Part shown: positions 15,549-25,227 of the stretch, in pieces | Position numbering within the stretch: the stretch's first letter is position 1 | How the letters are laid out: every line of letters begins with the position of its first letter | NCBI GenBank assembly: GCA_001774495.1 | Contig: MFAE01000008.1 | Location: 16,150 to 57,218, forward strand | Direction: 5' to 3' | Origin: Candidatus Campbellbacteria bacterium RIFOXYC2_FULL_35_25 | GTDB taxonomy: Bacteria > Patescibacteriota > Minisyncoccia > Phycocordibacterales > UBA12079 | Length of the DNA: 41,069 bases | Program-made: the position numbers and the translations under genes | Notes under the pieces: model-generated | What the model was told of the DNA's origin: nothing | The model's database searches: none | The model's input: only the letters and a program-made list of their open reading frames with translations

Positions 15549-17974
15549 TTTTAGATTTATGCAAAACAGTTAAAGAAAGTGATTTATACTCAGTTTTGAT
15601 TCTGGAGAAAATTTTTGTGCACAAATGGCGTCACAGAATTAATAATCTTCTTTCCTTTTTAATTTTTGTTGCCATCGCGCTCCTGATCGCCCCTTTCGTT
15701 TTAGAAAAATTTAATTCGGTTAATCTTGATTTTCTAGTTTATGAAACATTAAAAATCATAGGAATTCTCCTTATTCTTCTGCCTCTTTGGCTTGCTGTTT
15801 ACTTATCCGAGTTATTTTTCAGGTCATTATATTTCAAGGAAAAAGAGGAAAGCCTAATTGGTTTTGAGGTTTTAAAGATTTTTAGAGATACAAGAAATAA
15901 CGATCTCGTCGAAAGCTTCTTATTTTCAAAAGCGGGAGGGAAAATTATGTCTCGTTGCGGTATCTATGGTGATAAGGTTCAAAATTTTCTTGCAGAGAGA
16001 AAAAACAAAATTATTGATAAAGAAATCTCTTTTGATCCTCAAAATATATTTACAGTAAAGGATCTTGTCTTATTTTTATATGAAAATAATCAGGAATTTG
16101 AAGATTTCTTATTTCGAAATGGCATTAGAGAAAAACAATTAGTCGGTTCTGCTGAATGGATAATAAGAGAAACAGAATTAAAAAAGAAAAAAGAACAGTG
16201 GTGGTCTCGTGAGAGTTTAGAAAGAGTTCCTTGTATTGGTATTGGTTTGGCCCAGGGCGTTACTTATACCCTTGGCCAGTTTAGCGTTACTATTTCTGGT
16301 TACGGGGGTTCCATCGACAAGGTCTCTACCGCTAAAACAAAAGAAATTGTTAATAATATTGAGACCGTACTATCCAGAGCCCGTGAAGCCAACGTTATAT
16401 TAGTTGGAGAAGAGGGAGTTGGGAAGATTGAGGTGCTGCAAGATTTTGCCAAAATTATCACACAAAGAACAACTGTCCCACAGCTGGAACACAAGATTAT
16501 CGTACTTTTTGATTCAGGATTGTTCATCTCTTCTGTTAAAGAAAAACAGGAATTTGAACAAACTTTTCTTAAAATCTTAAAAGAGTCCGTTGACGCAGGG
16601 AATATTATTTTGGCTATTGATAAATTTGCAGACTTTTTATTAAATGCCAGAAAACTTGGTGTTGAGGTCCTTACTCTTATTGATTCTTATCTCGCCTCAG
16701 ACAGACTACAGTTAATTGTTTTAAGTGACATCGACAAGTTCCATCAATTTTTAGAGCAAGACCCAATTGTTGTTCGCCGGTTCGAAAAAATTATTATGGA
16801 ACAGCCAGCTTTGGAAGAAGCAATGATTGTGTTACAGGAAGCTGCTCGTGATTTAGAACACAGCTACCCAGTATTTTTTACGTATTTGGCCCTAGAAGAA
16901 GTGATTACAAGTGCTGACAGGTATTTCACCGATGGGGTTATACCAGATAAAGCTATTGATCTAGCGGTTGAGCTTGTTTCGGTTCTTGTTAAAAATGATA
17001 AATATTTGGTTGAAAAAGAAGATGTTTTTAATTTGGTTCGTGCCAAAACAAATATTCCTGTGGGAGAAATAAAAGAAGAAGAGCGCGCCGGGTTAGTTGA
17101 TATGGAAGATATTTTGCACAAAAGAGTGATTGGGCAGGATGAGGCTATCAAGGTGGTGAGCGATGCTGTTCGCCGTGCCAGGTCAGGGATACAAAATTCT
17201 AAGCGACCAATGGGAACTTTCCTTTTTATTGGTTCTACAGGAGTGGGAAAAACAGAAACAGCCAAGGCTCTGGCCGAAATATTCTTTAAGAATGAAGAGG
17301 CTATCTCAAGGCTTGATATGTCTGAATACCAAGGAGAGGACGCCGTAGATAAACTTATTGGGTCTTTTGAAAACGGTCGATCTGGTTTACTTGCAAATAT
17401 TTTAAGAGAAAAACCTTACGGAGTTTTGTTGTTAGATGAGCTCGAGAAGGCCAGTAAGGGTGTCCACGATTTATTTTTACAAATTATTGATGAGGGGGTC
17501 TTTTCTGATATGAAAGGAAAAAAGGTAAATGCCCGAAATGTTGTCTTGATAGCTACATCAAATGCAGGGAGTGATTTGATATGGAAAATGTCACAGAACA
17601 ATGTTCCCTACGAAAATTTTAAAAAGGAATTAGTCGACACTATTATAGATAGGGGTATTTTTAAACCAGAGTTTCTTAACAGGTTTGATGCTGTTGTTAC
17701 CTTTCAACCTCTTAAGAGTGATGAATTAAGACAAATTGCCGTTCTTATGCTTGGAGGACTAAGAAAACGCTTAAAAAACCAAGGGATTGATTTGTTAATA
17801 AATGAAGTCCTTGTTGATTACCTTATGAAGCAGGGTTCAGACCCTAAATTTGGCGCTCGTCCCATGAACCGGGCTATTCAAGACAAGGTTGAAATAAAAA
17901 TTGCTAAGATGTTGATTTCAGGAAAAATAAAAAATGGGTCTACCGTTGAATTTAAGGAAGAAGACTTCACTTAA
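15545..17974 (+). CDS. ClpA/ClpB-family (Hsp100) AAA+ protein with N-terminal transmembrane helices
   Basis: Two NBDs (GEEGVGKIE; GSTGVGKTE / LLLDELEKA), RVIGQDEA, RLDMSEY, PEFLNRFD, FGARP; two hydrophobic segments near residues 35-95. Confidence 0.88.
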   Translation: MILDLCKTVKESDLYSVLILEKIFVHKWRHRINNLLSFLIFVAIALLIAPFVLEKFNSVNLDFLVYETLKIIGILLILLPLWLAVYLSELFFRSLYFKEKEESLIGFEVLKIFRDTRNNDLVESFLFSKAGGKIMSRCGIYGDKVQNFLAERKNKIIDKEISFDPQNIFTVKDLVLFLYENNQEFEDFLFRNGIREKQLVGSAEWIIRETELKKKKEQWWSRESLERVPCIGIGLAQGVTYTLGQFSVTISGYGGSIDKVSTAKTKEIVNNIETVLSRAREANVILVGEEGVGKIEVLQDFAKIITQRTTVPQLEHKIIVLFDSGLFISSVKEKQEFEQTFLKILKESVDAGNIILAIDKFADFLLNARKLGVEVLTLIDSYLASDRLQLIVLSDIDKFHQFLEQDPIVVRRFEKIIMEQPALEEAMIVLQEAARDLEHSYPVFFTYLALEEVITSADRYFTDGVIPDKAIDLAVELVSVLVKNDKYLVEKEDVFNLVRAKTNIPVGEIKEEERAGLVDMEDILHKRVIGQDEAIKVVSDAVRRARSGIQNSKRPMGTFLFIGSTGVGKTETAKALAEIFFKNEEAISRLDMSEYQGEDAVDKLIGSFENGRSGLLANILREKPYGVLLLDELEKASKGVHDLFLQIIDEGVFSDMKGKKVNARNVVLIATSNAGSDLIWKMSQNNVPYENFKKELVDTIIDRGIFKPEFLNRFDAVVTFQPLKSDELRQIAVLMLGGLRKRLKNQGIDLLINEVLVDYLMKQGSDPKFGARPMNRAIQDKVEIKIAKMLISGKIKNGSTVEFKEEDFT

Positions 17975-17996
17975 AAAATTTTAAAGATGGGTAGCT

Positions 17997-19532
17997 ATGC
18001 AAAAAGATTTTTTCTACATCGTCCTATTGGGTTTTGCGGGCGGAATATTTCTTCGCTCGTTTTTTAATTTTGGAATACCATTTTCATTGTTGTTTTTATT
18101 TGTGGGAAGTACAATTTTTGTATTCTGGTATTTTAAAAAGGGAGGTGATAAAAAACATGAGCAAGAAAAAATTTTGATAACCGGGTTATTGTTGTTTTTT
18201 ATGGGAATGGGGATGTTACGTTTTGATATAGATGATTTTGGTAAAAATAATTCAATCTTAGGTAATTTAGTTGGTGAAAAAATTGTTGCTACGGCTTTGG
18301 TCGTAGATGAACCAGATGTAAGAGAAACCAATACTCGTTTAACAATAAAATTTGAAGACATGCCCTCTATTTGGGGGTTCAACCCCCAAATAGAGGGGGG
18401 TGTTGGCGGGAAGGTGATTATTACAGTTAATCATTATCCTCAATTTAGCTATGGTGATGAAATTAATATAACTGGGATTTTGCAAAAACCAAAAAATTTT
18501 AATACAGACGATGATGGAGGAATGGAATTTGACTATGTTTCTTATTTAGCTAAAGATGGAATTTATTATCAAATGCTTAATCCCACCGTCACATTTATTT
18601 CAGACGGAAATGGAAATTTTATAAAAGAAAAACTGTTTGCTCTTAAAAATTCTTTTATACAACAAGTTAGAAAGTTAGTTCCAGAACCCCACTCAGCTCT
18701 TTTGGGTGGTTTGGTCGTTGGGGCAAAAGAATCCTTAGGTAAAGGCTTGCAGGAAGATTTTAGAAAGGTTGGTTTAATCCACATCGTTGTTTTATCGGGT
18801 TACAATTTAACCATTGTAGCTGATTCTATAATGAAAATTCTAGTTTTTTTGCCGAGCAGTTTTGCTATGATTTTTGGTGCCCTAGGTATAATTTTATTTA
18901 CTTTGATGACAGGAGCTTCGGCAACTATTGTTAGAGCTTCGATAATGGCCCTGCTAGTTATGCTAGCAAGGCTAACAGGGCGAACTAATCAAGTTACCCG
19001 AACTCTTTTCTTGGCGGGTTTTTTGATGCTTTTACATAATCCTAAAATTTTAGTTTTTGACCCGTCTTTCCAACTTTCTTTCATGGCAACCTTGGGGCTT
19101 ATCATCCTTTCCCCAAAAATTGAAAAATATTTCCATTTTTTACCAACCAAATTTCAGTTACGCGAATTAGCCGTGGCTACAATTTCCACCCAAATTTTTG
19201 TTTTGCCACTCATTTTATATATGATGGGGGATTTTTCTATTATTGCTATTGTGGTTAATCTTTTGGTTTTGATGTTTATACCAATCACAATGTTATTTGG
19301 TTTTTTTACAGGGGTGCTGGCCTTTTTGAGCACAGCCGTCGCCCTACCTTTTGCTTATATTTCTTACTTTCTTCTCTCTTATGAGTTGAAGGTAGTTGAT
19401 ATTTTTTCTTCATTACCTTTTGCCTCAATCCATATTCCTTATTTCCCGTTCTGGTTGATGGTATTTGTTTATGCCAGTTATTTTATTTTCCTGGGCTTTT
19501 TAAGTAAGAAAGAAAAGAAACCTTGTTTTTAA
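17997..19532 (+). CDS. comEC: DNA uptake channel ComEC/Rec2 (no C-terminal metallo-beta-lactamase domain)
   Basis: N-terminal OB/DUF4131-like region, GLIHIVVLSGYN, RASIMA, SFQLSF..T motifs, many TM segments. Confidence 0.92.
   Translation: MQKDFFYIVLLGFAGGIFLRSFFNFGIPFSLLFLFVGSTIFVFWYFKKGGDKKHEQEKILITGLLLFFMGMGMLRFDIDDFGKNNSILGNLVGEKIVATALVVDEPDVRETNTRLTIKFEDMPSIWGFNPQIEGGVGGKVIITVNHYPQFSYGDEINITGILQKPKNFNTDDDGGMEFDYVSYLAKDGIYYQMLNPTVTFISDGNGNFIKEKLFALKNSFIQQVRKLVPEPHSALLGGLVVGAKESLGKGLQEDFRKVGLIHIVVLSGYNLTIVADSIMKILVFLPSSFAMIFGALGIILFTLMTGASATIVRASIMALLVMLARLTGRTNQVTRTLFLAGFLMLLHNPKILVFDPSFQLSFMATLGLIILSPKIEKYFHFLPTKFQLRELAVATISTQIFVLPLILYMMGDFSIIAIVVNLLVLMFIPITMLFGFFTGVLAFLSTAVALPFAYISYFLLSYELKVVDIFSSLPFASIHIPYFPFWLMVFVYASYFIFLGFLSKKEKKPCF
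18363..18397. repeat. Perfect 15-bp-stem inverted repeat inside comEC
   Basis: ccctctatttggggg-ttcaa-cccccaaatagaggg. Confidence 0.85.
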
Positions 19533-19563
19533 TTTTTTTTAAAAAATCATGTATAATTAAGAA

Positions 19564-21000
19564 ATGGAAAATTTTGAGCAGAGAAAATTTAATAATCCAG
19601 AAGAAGAATTACAATATTTAAGAAAAGAGTTGTCGGACAGACAACAAGCTGAACGTTTGTCAGGAAATCAGGAAAATTTTGAGCCAAAGAGAGAAGAGCG
19701 AAGTATCATGGAAACAATTCAACAGTATAAAGAGGCAAAGCCGGAGGAAGTTATTACTGAAGAATTTAGGTTAGGGGCAGGTGAGATTGAAAAAATAGTA
19801 TTGAACCTTCCTCCCGAAGAGCATGACGAAACCATGACGAAGCTATTGGGGTTGTTGGAGGAAAAAGGAATTAAAAATGCATTAATGGCTGTCGAGGAAT
19901 TAAATAATCCGCATATAGAGGATGATTTTCACCGAGTTTTAATTCAATATGTGAAAAATGGTTATATTGAAAAGTCTGGGTCGAAAGAAAAGCACAAAGA
20001 ATTAAGAATGACTCTTTTTGAGATTGTATTGCCTGAGTTCTCAAGAGGGGGGGAAAGACCTGATATTCAGTCTTTAATTGCTCCAATGGAACAATTTTAT
20101 GCAGGAATGTTATCAATTGCTGATCAAGAAAATCTTGGATACTTTTCGTTGGAAATTGCCGCTTCTAATAATAGTGATGATTTGGTTGTTTATTGCACCG
20201 TCCCTGACAATAAAATTGGATTATTTGAAAAACAAATCTCGGCTGTTTTCCCTGGAGCAAAAATAAAAGAAAAAAAGGATGACTTTAATATTTTTAGAAA
20301 AGATTATTCTATAAAAGGAGCTAACGTGCTTTTGCATAAAAGACCTTTTTGGGGTCTAAAAACATACGAGAATTTTTCTAACGATCCTATAAATGTGGTT
20401 CTAAGTTCTTTTTCCAGGCTAACCAGAGACGAAGGGGCAGCGATTCAATTTGTTGTAGACACAAGGAAAAATAATTTTAATTCTAAATTTCAAAATGGCA
20501 TTAGAGAACTTCAGGCCGGAAAGTCTGTCACGGAAGCTTTTGGTGAATATCATCTTGTTTTAAATCTTACTAATAAGTTATTGAATTCTTTTTTTTCTAG
20601 TCCTAAAAAAGTTGAGGCCCCAAAAGATTTAAAAGAGGCAGAAAAAAATAAAGTTAAGTCTGTTGACCAAGATGCGATTAATAATATTCAAGAGAAAATT
20701 TCTCACCCGATATTACCAGTAAACATTAGAGTGGTTGTTTCAGCTAAAGGTGAAGTACGAGCAGATATGATTTTGAATGAAATAGAGTCCTCATTTAACC
20801 AATTTACCAAACCATACGGAAATAATATAATTTTTGTCGAATCTCTCGATAAAAAACTGAAAAATTTTTTATATAATTTTTCTTTTAGAATATTTGATAA
20901 CAATACTCGAGTTTTACTGAACACAAAAGAGTTATCAACGATTTTTCATTTTCCTTCTGTCAAGATTAAACAGACAAATATAATCGAATCTGTGGAGTAA
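19564..21000 (+). CDS. Hypothetical protein resembling the N-terminal, non-ATPase part of CPR TraG/VirD4-like proteins
   Basis: MEQFYAGM, FEKQI, DPINVVL, FNQF, ELSTIFHFP motifs recalled from that family; no Walker A in the ORF. Confidence 0.55.
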   Translation: MENFEQRKFNNPEEELQYLRKELSDRQQAERLSGNQENFEPKREERSIMETIQQYKEAKPEEVITEEFRLGAGEIEKIVLNLPPEEHDETMTKLLGLLEEKGIKNALMAVEELNNPHIEDDFHRVLIQYVKNGYIEKSGSKEKHKELRMTLFEIVLPEFSRGGERPDIQSLIAPMEQFYAGMLSIADQENLGYFSLEIAASNNSDDLVVYCTVPDNKIGLFEKQISAVFPGAKIKEKKDDFNIFRKDYSIKGANVLLHKRPFWGLKTYENFSNDPINVVLSSFSRLTRDEGAAIQFVVDTRKNNFNSKFQNGIRELQAGKSVTEAFGEYHLVLNLTNKLLNSFFSSPKKVEAPKDLKEAEKNKVKSVDQDAINNIQEKISHPILPVNIRVVVSAKGEVRADMILNEIESSFNQFTKPYGNNIIFVESLDKKLKNFLYNFSFRIFDNNTRVLLNTKELSTIFHFPSVKIKQTNIIESVE

Positions 21001-21011
21001 AAAAGGGGTAA

Positions 21012-22289
21012 TTAATTATTTAATTTTTCGCCTACATCAGAGCCAGCTACCCAACCAGTTGTCCAACAAAGTTGGAGAGAGAATCCTCCTGACGGACGAT
21101 TAATGTTTAGAATATCCCCAAGTAGATATAAGTTTGGGTAAATTTTTGAAGTCATATTCTTGAAATTTACTTCTTCTAAGGCAATTCCTCCGTCAGCAAT
21201 AATCGATTTCTCCAATCCAAGGGTTCCTGAAATATCAAAACTTAAGCCCTTCATTTTTTTAACCAAGGCCTTTCTTTCTTCTTTAGTTATGGAATTAACC
21301 TCTCTTTCAAGTAGGTTAATATCGGGTAGCTGTAATATTTCTTGAGCTACTTTTTTTGGTAGTATTTCAGGGAGAATATTTTTAATAACTTTATTTTTAT
21401 TTTTTTCAAAGAGTTTTAGTACTCGTTGGTCCAACAGATTTTCTTCGGTATCGGGGAACATATCGATTGATGCGGTTACATGACCCTTTTTCATAAGCTC
21501 TTTTACTTCGAAAGAAGAATTGATAATTAAAGGACCAGAAACTCCGAAGTGAGTAAAAAGAATTTTCCCAGTTTTTTTCAGTTTAGTTTTCCCATTTTGG
21601 ATAAAACGAATCGTCATAAAAGAGAGGGTTATTCCCGACAGTTTGTGAACCCATCTATCATTTGTTGTTAAAGGAACAAGGTTGGCAGTGGGCTCCTTCA
21701 CTGTGTGCCCTAGTTTGTTTAACCATTTAAAACCGTCCCCAGTTGAGCCTGTCCATGAGGCGGACGCTCCTCCTGTTGCTAGGGCAAAATTATGAGCAAA
21801 ATATTTTTCTCCCTTTTTAGTTTCTACGGAAACAATTTTGTTGTTTTCTTTGTTGATTTTTGTTACTTGTGAGTCTGTTTTTATTTCTCCTCCACCTGAA
21901 CGTACATATCTTTCCAGTGTTTTAAAAACGTCATTAGCTTTCTGACTTTCTGGGAAAACTCTTTTTCTGGCTTCAACAACAAGAGGGAGCCTCTTTTTTT
22001 CAAAAAAAGTGAAAGTATTTTCTGAAGAAAATTTTGAGAAAGGAGAAAAGAGGAATTGTTTTGATTGAGGAAAATTAGCTAGAAATTTTTGTATATCAAA
22101 CTCCGCATTAGTAAGATTGCAACGGCCACCCCCTGTTATTTGGAGTTTTGTCCCTAATCCTTTGTTTTTTTCCAAAATTAAAACCCTAGCCCCCATTTCT
22201 CCAGCTCTCCCAGCCATCATCATACCGCTCGGTCCTCCGCCGATTACGATTAAGTCATATTCCTTTTGGTTTCCCTTAAGCTTTGTCAT
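21012..22289 (-). CDS. HI0933/BaiN (RdsA/YhiN-like) NAD(P)/FAD-dependent oxidoreductase
   Basis: GGGPSG Rossmann motif, GGGRCNLTN, ATGG, GGFSLQLCWTTG. Start chosen 7 nt after CATAAT; 22298 is the alternative. Confidence 0.9.
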   Translation of the reverse strand: MTKLKGNQKEYDLIVIGGGPSGMMMAGRAGEMGARVLILEKNKGLGTKLQITGGGRCNLTNAEFDIQKFLANFPQSKQFLFSPFSKFSSENTFTFFEKKRLPLVVEARKRVFPESQKANDVFKTLERYVRSGGGEIKTDSQVTKINKENNKIVSVETKKGEKYFAHNFALATGGASASWTGSTGDGFKWLNKLGHTVKEPTANLVPLTTNDRWVHKLSGITLSFMTIRFIQNGKTKLKKTGKILFTHFGVSGPLIINSSFEVKELMKKGHVTASIDMFPDTEENLLDQRVLKLFEKNKNKVIKNILPEILPKKVAQEILQLPDINLLEREVNSITKEERKALVKKMKGLSFDISGTLGLEKSIIADGGIALEEVNFKNMTSKIYPNLYLLGDILNINRPSGGFSLQLCWTTGWVAGSDVGEKLNN

Positions 22290-22377
22290 TAGAGACATTA
22301 TGACTTTGCGGGGGTAAAAAAGCAATGATAAACATATTCAATGGTAATTTTACCTAGCTACTGATATCATTATTCAG

Positions 22378-23373
22378 ATGGTATATGATAAAAAATTAAA
22401 AATAGGGGTGCACGATTTTAAGCCAGTAGTTTTTCAAAAAGATGGGAAATGGACGGGATTTGAAATTGAGGTTTGGGAGAAAATAGCTCAAACATTAAAT
22501 CTACAATATGAGTTTGTTGAAGATAAAAGTTTTCCTGATTTACTCACCAAAACATCTGAGGGGGAATACGATTTAGCTATTGCTGGAATCACTAGGACGC
22601 TTGAAAGAACCAAGAAACTTGATATGTCGTTTTTTACTCTTGATACTGGGCTCGGAATTGCCACGATACCAACCCAATCATTTTCTGCTAAAGACTTATT
22701 TAGGGGACTTTTTTCTAAACAAACAGCAATTTTATTATTTATACTTATTCTTTTTTCCTTAATAAGCGCTAACATCTATTGGTTTATTGAGTCAGGGTTA
22801 TCTGTATCTGCTAAATATTCTCAAGGCGTGTTTGAATCTCTGTGGTGGAGTATTGTAACCTTTAGCACGATTGGTTACGGGGATGTAATTCCTGCTTCTT
22901 TTGGTGGTAAAGTTTTTGGTATGTTTTCAATATTATCTGGCCTTGCCATTTTTGGTTTATATATTGGGCAGTTAAGTTCTTCTCTGACGCTGACAAAAAT
23001 GAAATCAAAAATTTCTTCAGCAGGAGATCTCGCTAATAAAAAAATTGGTGTTAAAAAAGGAACAACAGCAAAAGATGTTGTTAAGGCAAAGCATGGTCAC
23101 GTTATTGAGTTCGAGAGTCTCAGCGAAGCATATGACGCTTTAGAATCTCAGTCTATAGATGCTGTGGTAGCCGATTTGCCTGTTTTACAAGATCAAATGC
23201 GAGAAAGGGATTTTGTTTTAGTTGGAGGAGCCTTTGCCAGACAAACTTATGCTTTTGCTTCACCAAGAAAGAAAGACAATGAAGAATTGTTAGAGCAAAT
23301 TGACCAAGCAATTATTGGTTTGCAAGAAAGTGGGGAGTACGAAAATATTTATGAAGCATATTTTACAAATTAA
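22378..23373 (+). CDS. GluR0-like ligand-gated K+ channel (split substrate-binding domain around a 2-TM pore)
   Basis: S1 (DLAIAGITRTLER), M1, pore SLWWSIVTFSTIGYGD, M2, S2 (KKGTTA, DAVVAD). Confidence 0.85.
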   Translation: MVYDKKLKIGVHDFKPVVFQKDGKWTGFEIEVWEKIAQTLNLQYEFVEDKSFPDLLTKTSEGEYDLAIAGITRTLERTKKLDMSFFTLDTGLGIATIPTQSFSAKDLFRGLFSKQTAILLFILILFSLISANIYWFIESGLSVSAKYSQGVFESLWWSIVTFSTIGYGDVIPASFGGKVFGMFSILSGLAIFGLYIGQLSSSLTLTKMKSKISSAGDLANKKIGVKKGTTAKDVVKAKHGHVIEFESLSEAYDALESQSIDAVVADLPVLQDQMRERDFVLVGGAFARQTYAFASPRKKDNEELLEQIDQAIIGLQESGEYENIYEAYFTN

Positions 23374-23388
23374 TCATTTATTTTTTAT

Positions 23389-24123
23389 ATGAAGAAAGAA
23401 AAAGCATTATTTGTTGTTCCTATATTATTTTTATTTTTTTTGCCTGTGTATTACATAGCACCAGTTTATTTAGCAGAACTTGATACAATCTTTATTTCAA
23501 TAACTATTTTCTTATTTGCTATACTTGTGGGGTTTTTTATTTCAAGACAAGCCACACGTTACGGGCAAATTATTTTAAAGGTAACTGACTTTGATGGCAC
23601 TATGTCATTTATATATAGGTCTATTGGTGTTTTTGGAGAAAAAGCCCAAGGTGAGTTTGCTGAAATTTTGAGAAAACATTATTCAGCAATTATAGAGCAT
23701 GGGGATTGGAATTTCTATTTTTTACAAAAAACAATAACACTCACAGATACAAATGCTTTGATTGTAAAATATGCTGAGCCCGGAAGTTTAAATCCAGCTC
23801 AAAACTATTTTGTATCAAGAGCCTTTGTTGGGTTAGGGGAAATGCAAAAAATAAGGAAAAATCTTATAGCATTGTATCAAGAAAAAATTCCACGTTTTCA
23901 GTGGGTGCTTGTTATATTTTTGACCCTTATATTAATAACTACCGTTTCGTCGATTCCTTCTTCAGGAGCTTTCTTGGGTTCAATAGTAAAAGCTGCTTTC
24001 TCTACCTCTATAATTTCCGTAGTTATAATGCTCTGGAAACTAAATCACTTAACTTTTTACGAAGAAATGGTTGGTCGCTCATCAGCACAAGACGTTTTGG
24101 ATATAATTGTTGGAGATAAATAA
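23389..24123 (+). CDS. Four-TM membrane protein, DUF4239/bestrophin-like architecture
   Basis: Two TM pairs separated by a helical soluble region; family call is tentative. Confidence 0.5.
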   Translation: MKKEKALFVVPILFLFFLPVYYIAPVYLAELDTIFISITIFLFAILVGFFISRQATRYGQIILKVTDFDGTMSFIYRSIGVFGEKAQGEFAEILRKHYSAIIEHGDWNFYFLQKTITLTDTNALIVKYAEPGSLNPAQNYFVSRAFVGLGEMQKIRKNLIALYQEKIPRFQWVLVIFLTLILITTVSSIPSSGAFLGSIVKAAFSTSIISVVIMLWKLNHLTFYEEMVGRSSAQDVLDIIVGDK

Positions 24124-24149
24124 TTTTTAAAAAAATTATTTAATATTTA

Positions 24150-24752
24150 TTATCTTTGGAGATTCAATAAAATCTCCGCTATATTCTCTGTGGGCCACGA
24201 AAGAGTTGCTCGTTCTATTACCCCAGTTACTTTGAAAGCCGATGGACCAGGTAGCGGTGGATTAACTGGGTCAGAAAGAAGAGCTCCAAATCCATATTCT
24301 TCAAAATATGCTTTTAATTCAGTTTCCATTTTTGTACTTTCTGCAGAAAAAACTGGAAAAGTGATAATTTCACGAATTAAAAATACTCTGAGGAAGTTTA
24401 AAAATGGAAATATTATAATGATTACCAACAAAAATGATATTATAGTTTTTTTCCAGTTGGTTGAAAGAATTTTTTTCATTACAAAATGAAAAATAAAAAA
24501 TAAGATAACCCCTAAAATTAATAAATTTAAAAGTTCGGAATTATTATTGTGTAAAATTTTGGGTAATAGTGATGCTGGATATATTAAGTAGATAACAAGA
24601 CTTATTAATTCGTACAAAGCAATAGCTTTAATTGCTGTTGAAAATTTAGTTTCTCGCCCTTTTTTTATTAAAAAATAAAAAATGATTGTTCCTATAGCTA
24701 ATGTTAAGAATAAAGTAATAATTTCTAGTAATGTAAGATATGGATATTGCAT
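24150..24752 (-). CDS. Hypothetical membrane protein
   Basis: Four hydrophobic segments; 200-aa ORF. Confidence 0.7.
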   Translation of the reverse strand: MQYPYLTLLEIITLFLTLAIGTIIFYFLIKKGRETKFSTAIKAIALYELISLVIYLIYPASLLPKILHNNNSELLNLLILGVILFFIFHFVMKKILSTNWKKTIISFLLVIIIIFPFLNFLRVFLIREIITFPVFSAESTKMETELKAYFEEYGFGALLSDPVNPPLPGPSAFKVTGVIERATLSWPTENIAEILLNLQR

Positions 24753-24925
24753 ATTTTTGTTATTATGGCAGATTTCTTTGCCTTTGGGATAATTTTTTGA
24801 GATTACGTATGGGAAAAACTACCCAAACTATATTTAGTGTAGAATACATTTTATGAAATATCAATCGAGAAAATCCCCCGTTACCCTTGTTTCTTCATCG
24901 GGTTAATAAAGGCCGGACCTTTTTG

Positions 24926-24982
24926 TTGTATAAAAAAAAGCCCCACGAAGTGAAGCGGGGGGCTTCTTTCGTGGGACTGGGT
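24926..24982 (-). terminator. Repeated terminator element, copy A
   Basis: Near-identical to 25818-25876; directly follows the stop of 24982..25215. Confidence 0.8.
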
Positions 24983-25215
24983 TAGTAGCAGGAATTAATC
25001 CATGTGGCTATTGATAGTATCTGGCTGGTTTCTTCGGTGGGTTCATTCATGAGAGGAAAGATTCTTCTTCTTAGGAATTTCTCCTGTTTGGTGTTCAGCA
25101 CAGTTTCCTTGTTTACTGCCAAGGTTAGCTCGTCGACGAATCTGTGGTAAGAGGTACTGTCTTTATGGGTTGGGTTGTTTTTGATGTCACGCAAAATAAG
25201 TAGGATATTTTTCAT
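24982..25215 (-). CDS. Hypothetical protein (77 aa), orphan with SD
   Basis: AAGGAG before ATG, overlapping the upstream stop. Confidence 0.65.
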   Translation of the reverse strand: MKNILLILRDIKNNPTHKDSTSYHRFVDELTLAVNKETVLNTKQEKFLRRRIFPLMNEPTEETSQILSIATWINSCY

Positions 25216-25227
25216 AACCCTGTCTCC

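Noticed and set aside
24853-24906. Leaderless 17-aa ORF MKYQSRKSPVTLVSSSG after TAGAAT
   Set aside because: Promoter spacing fits, but it is too short and featureless to support; could be a gene remnant or chance.
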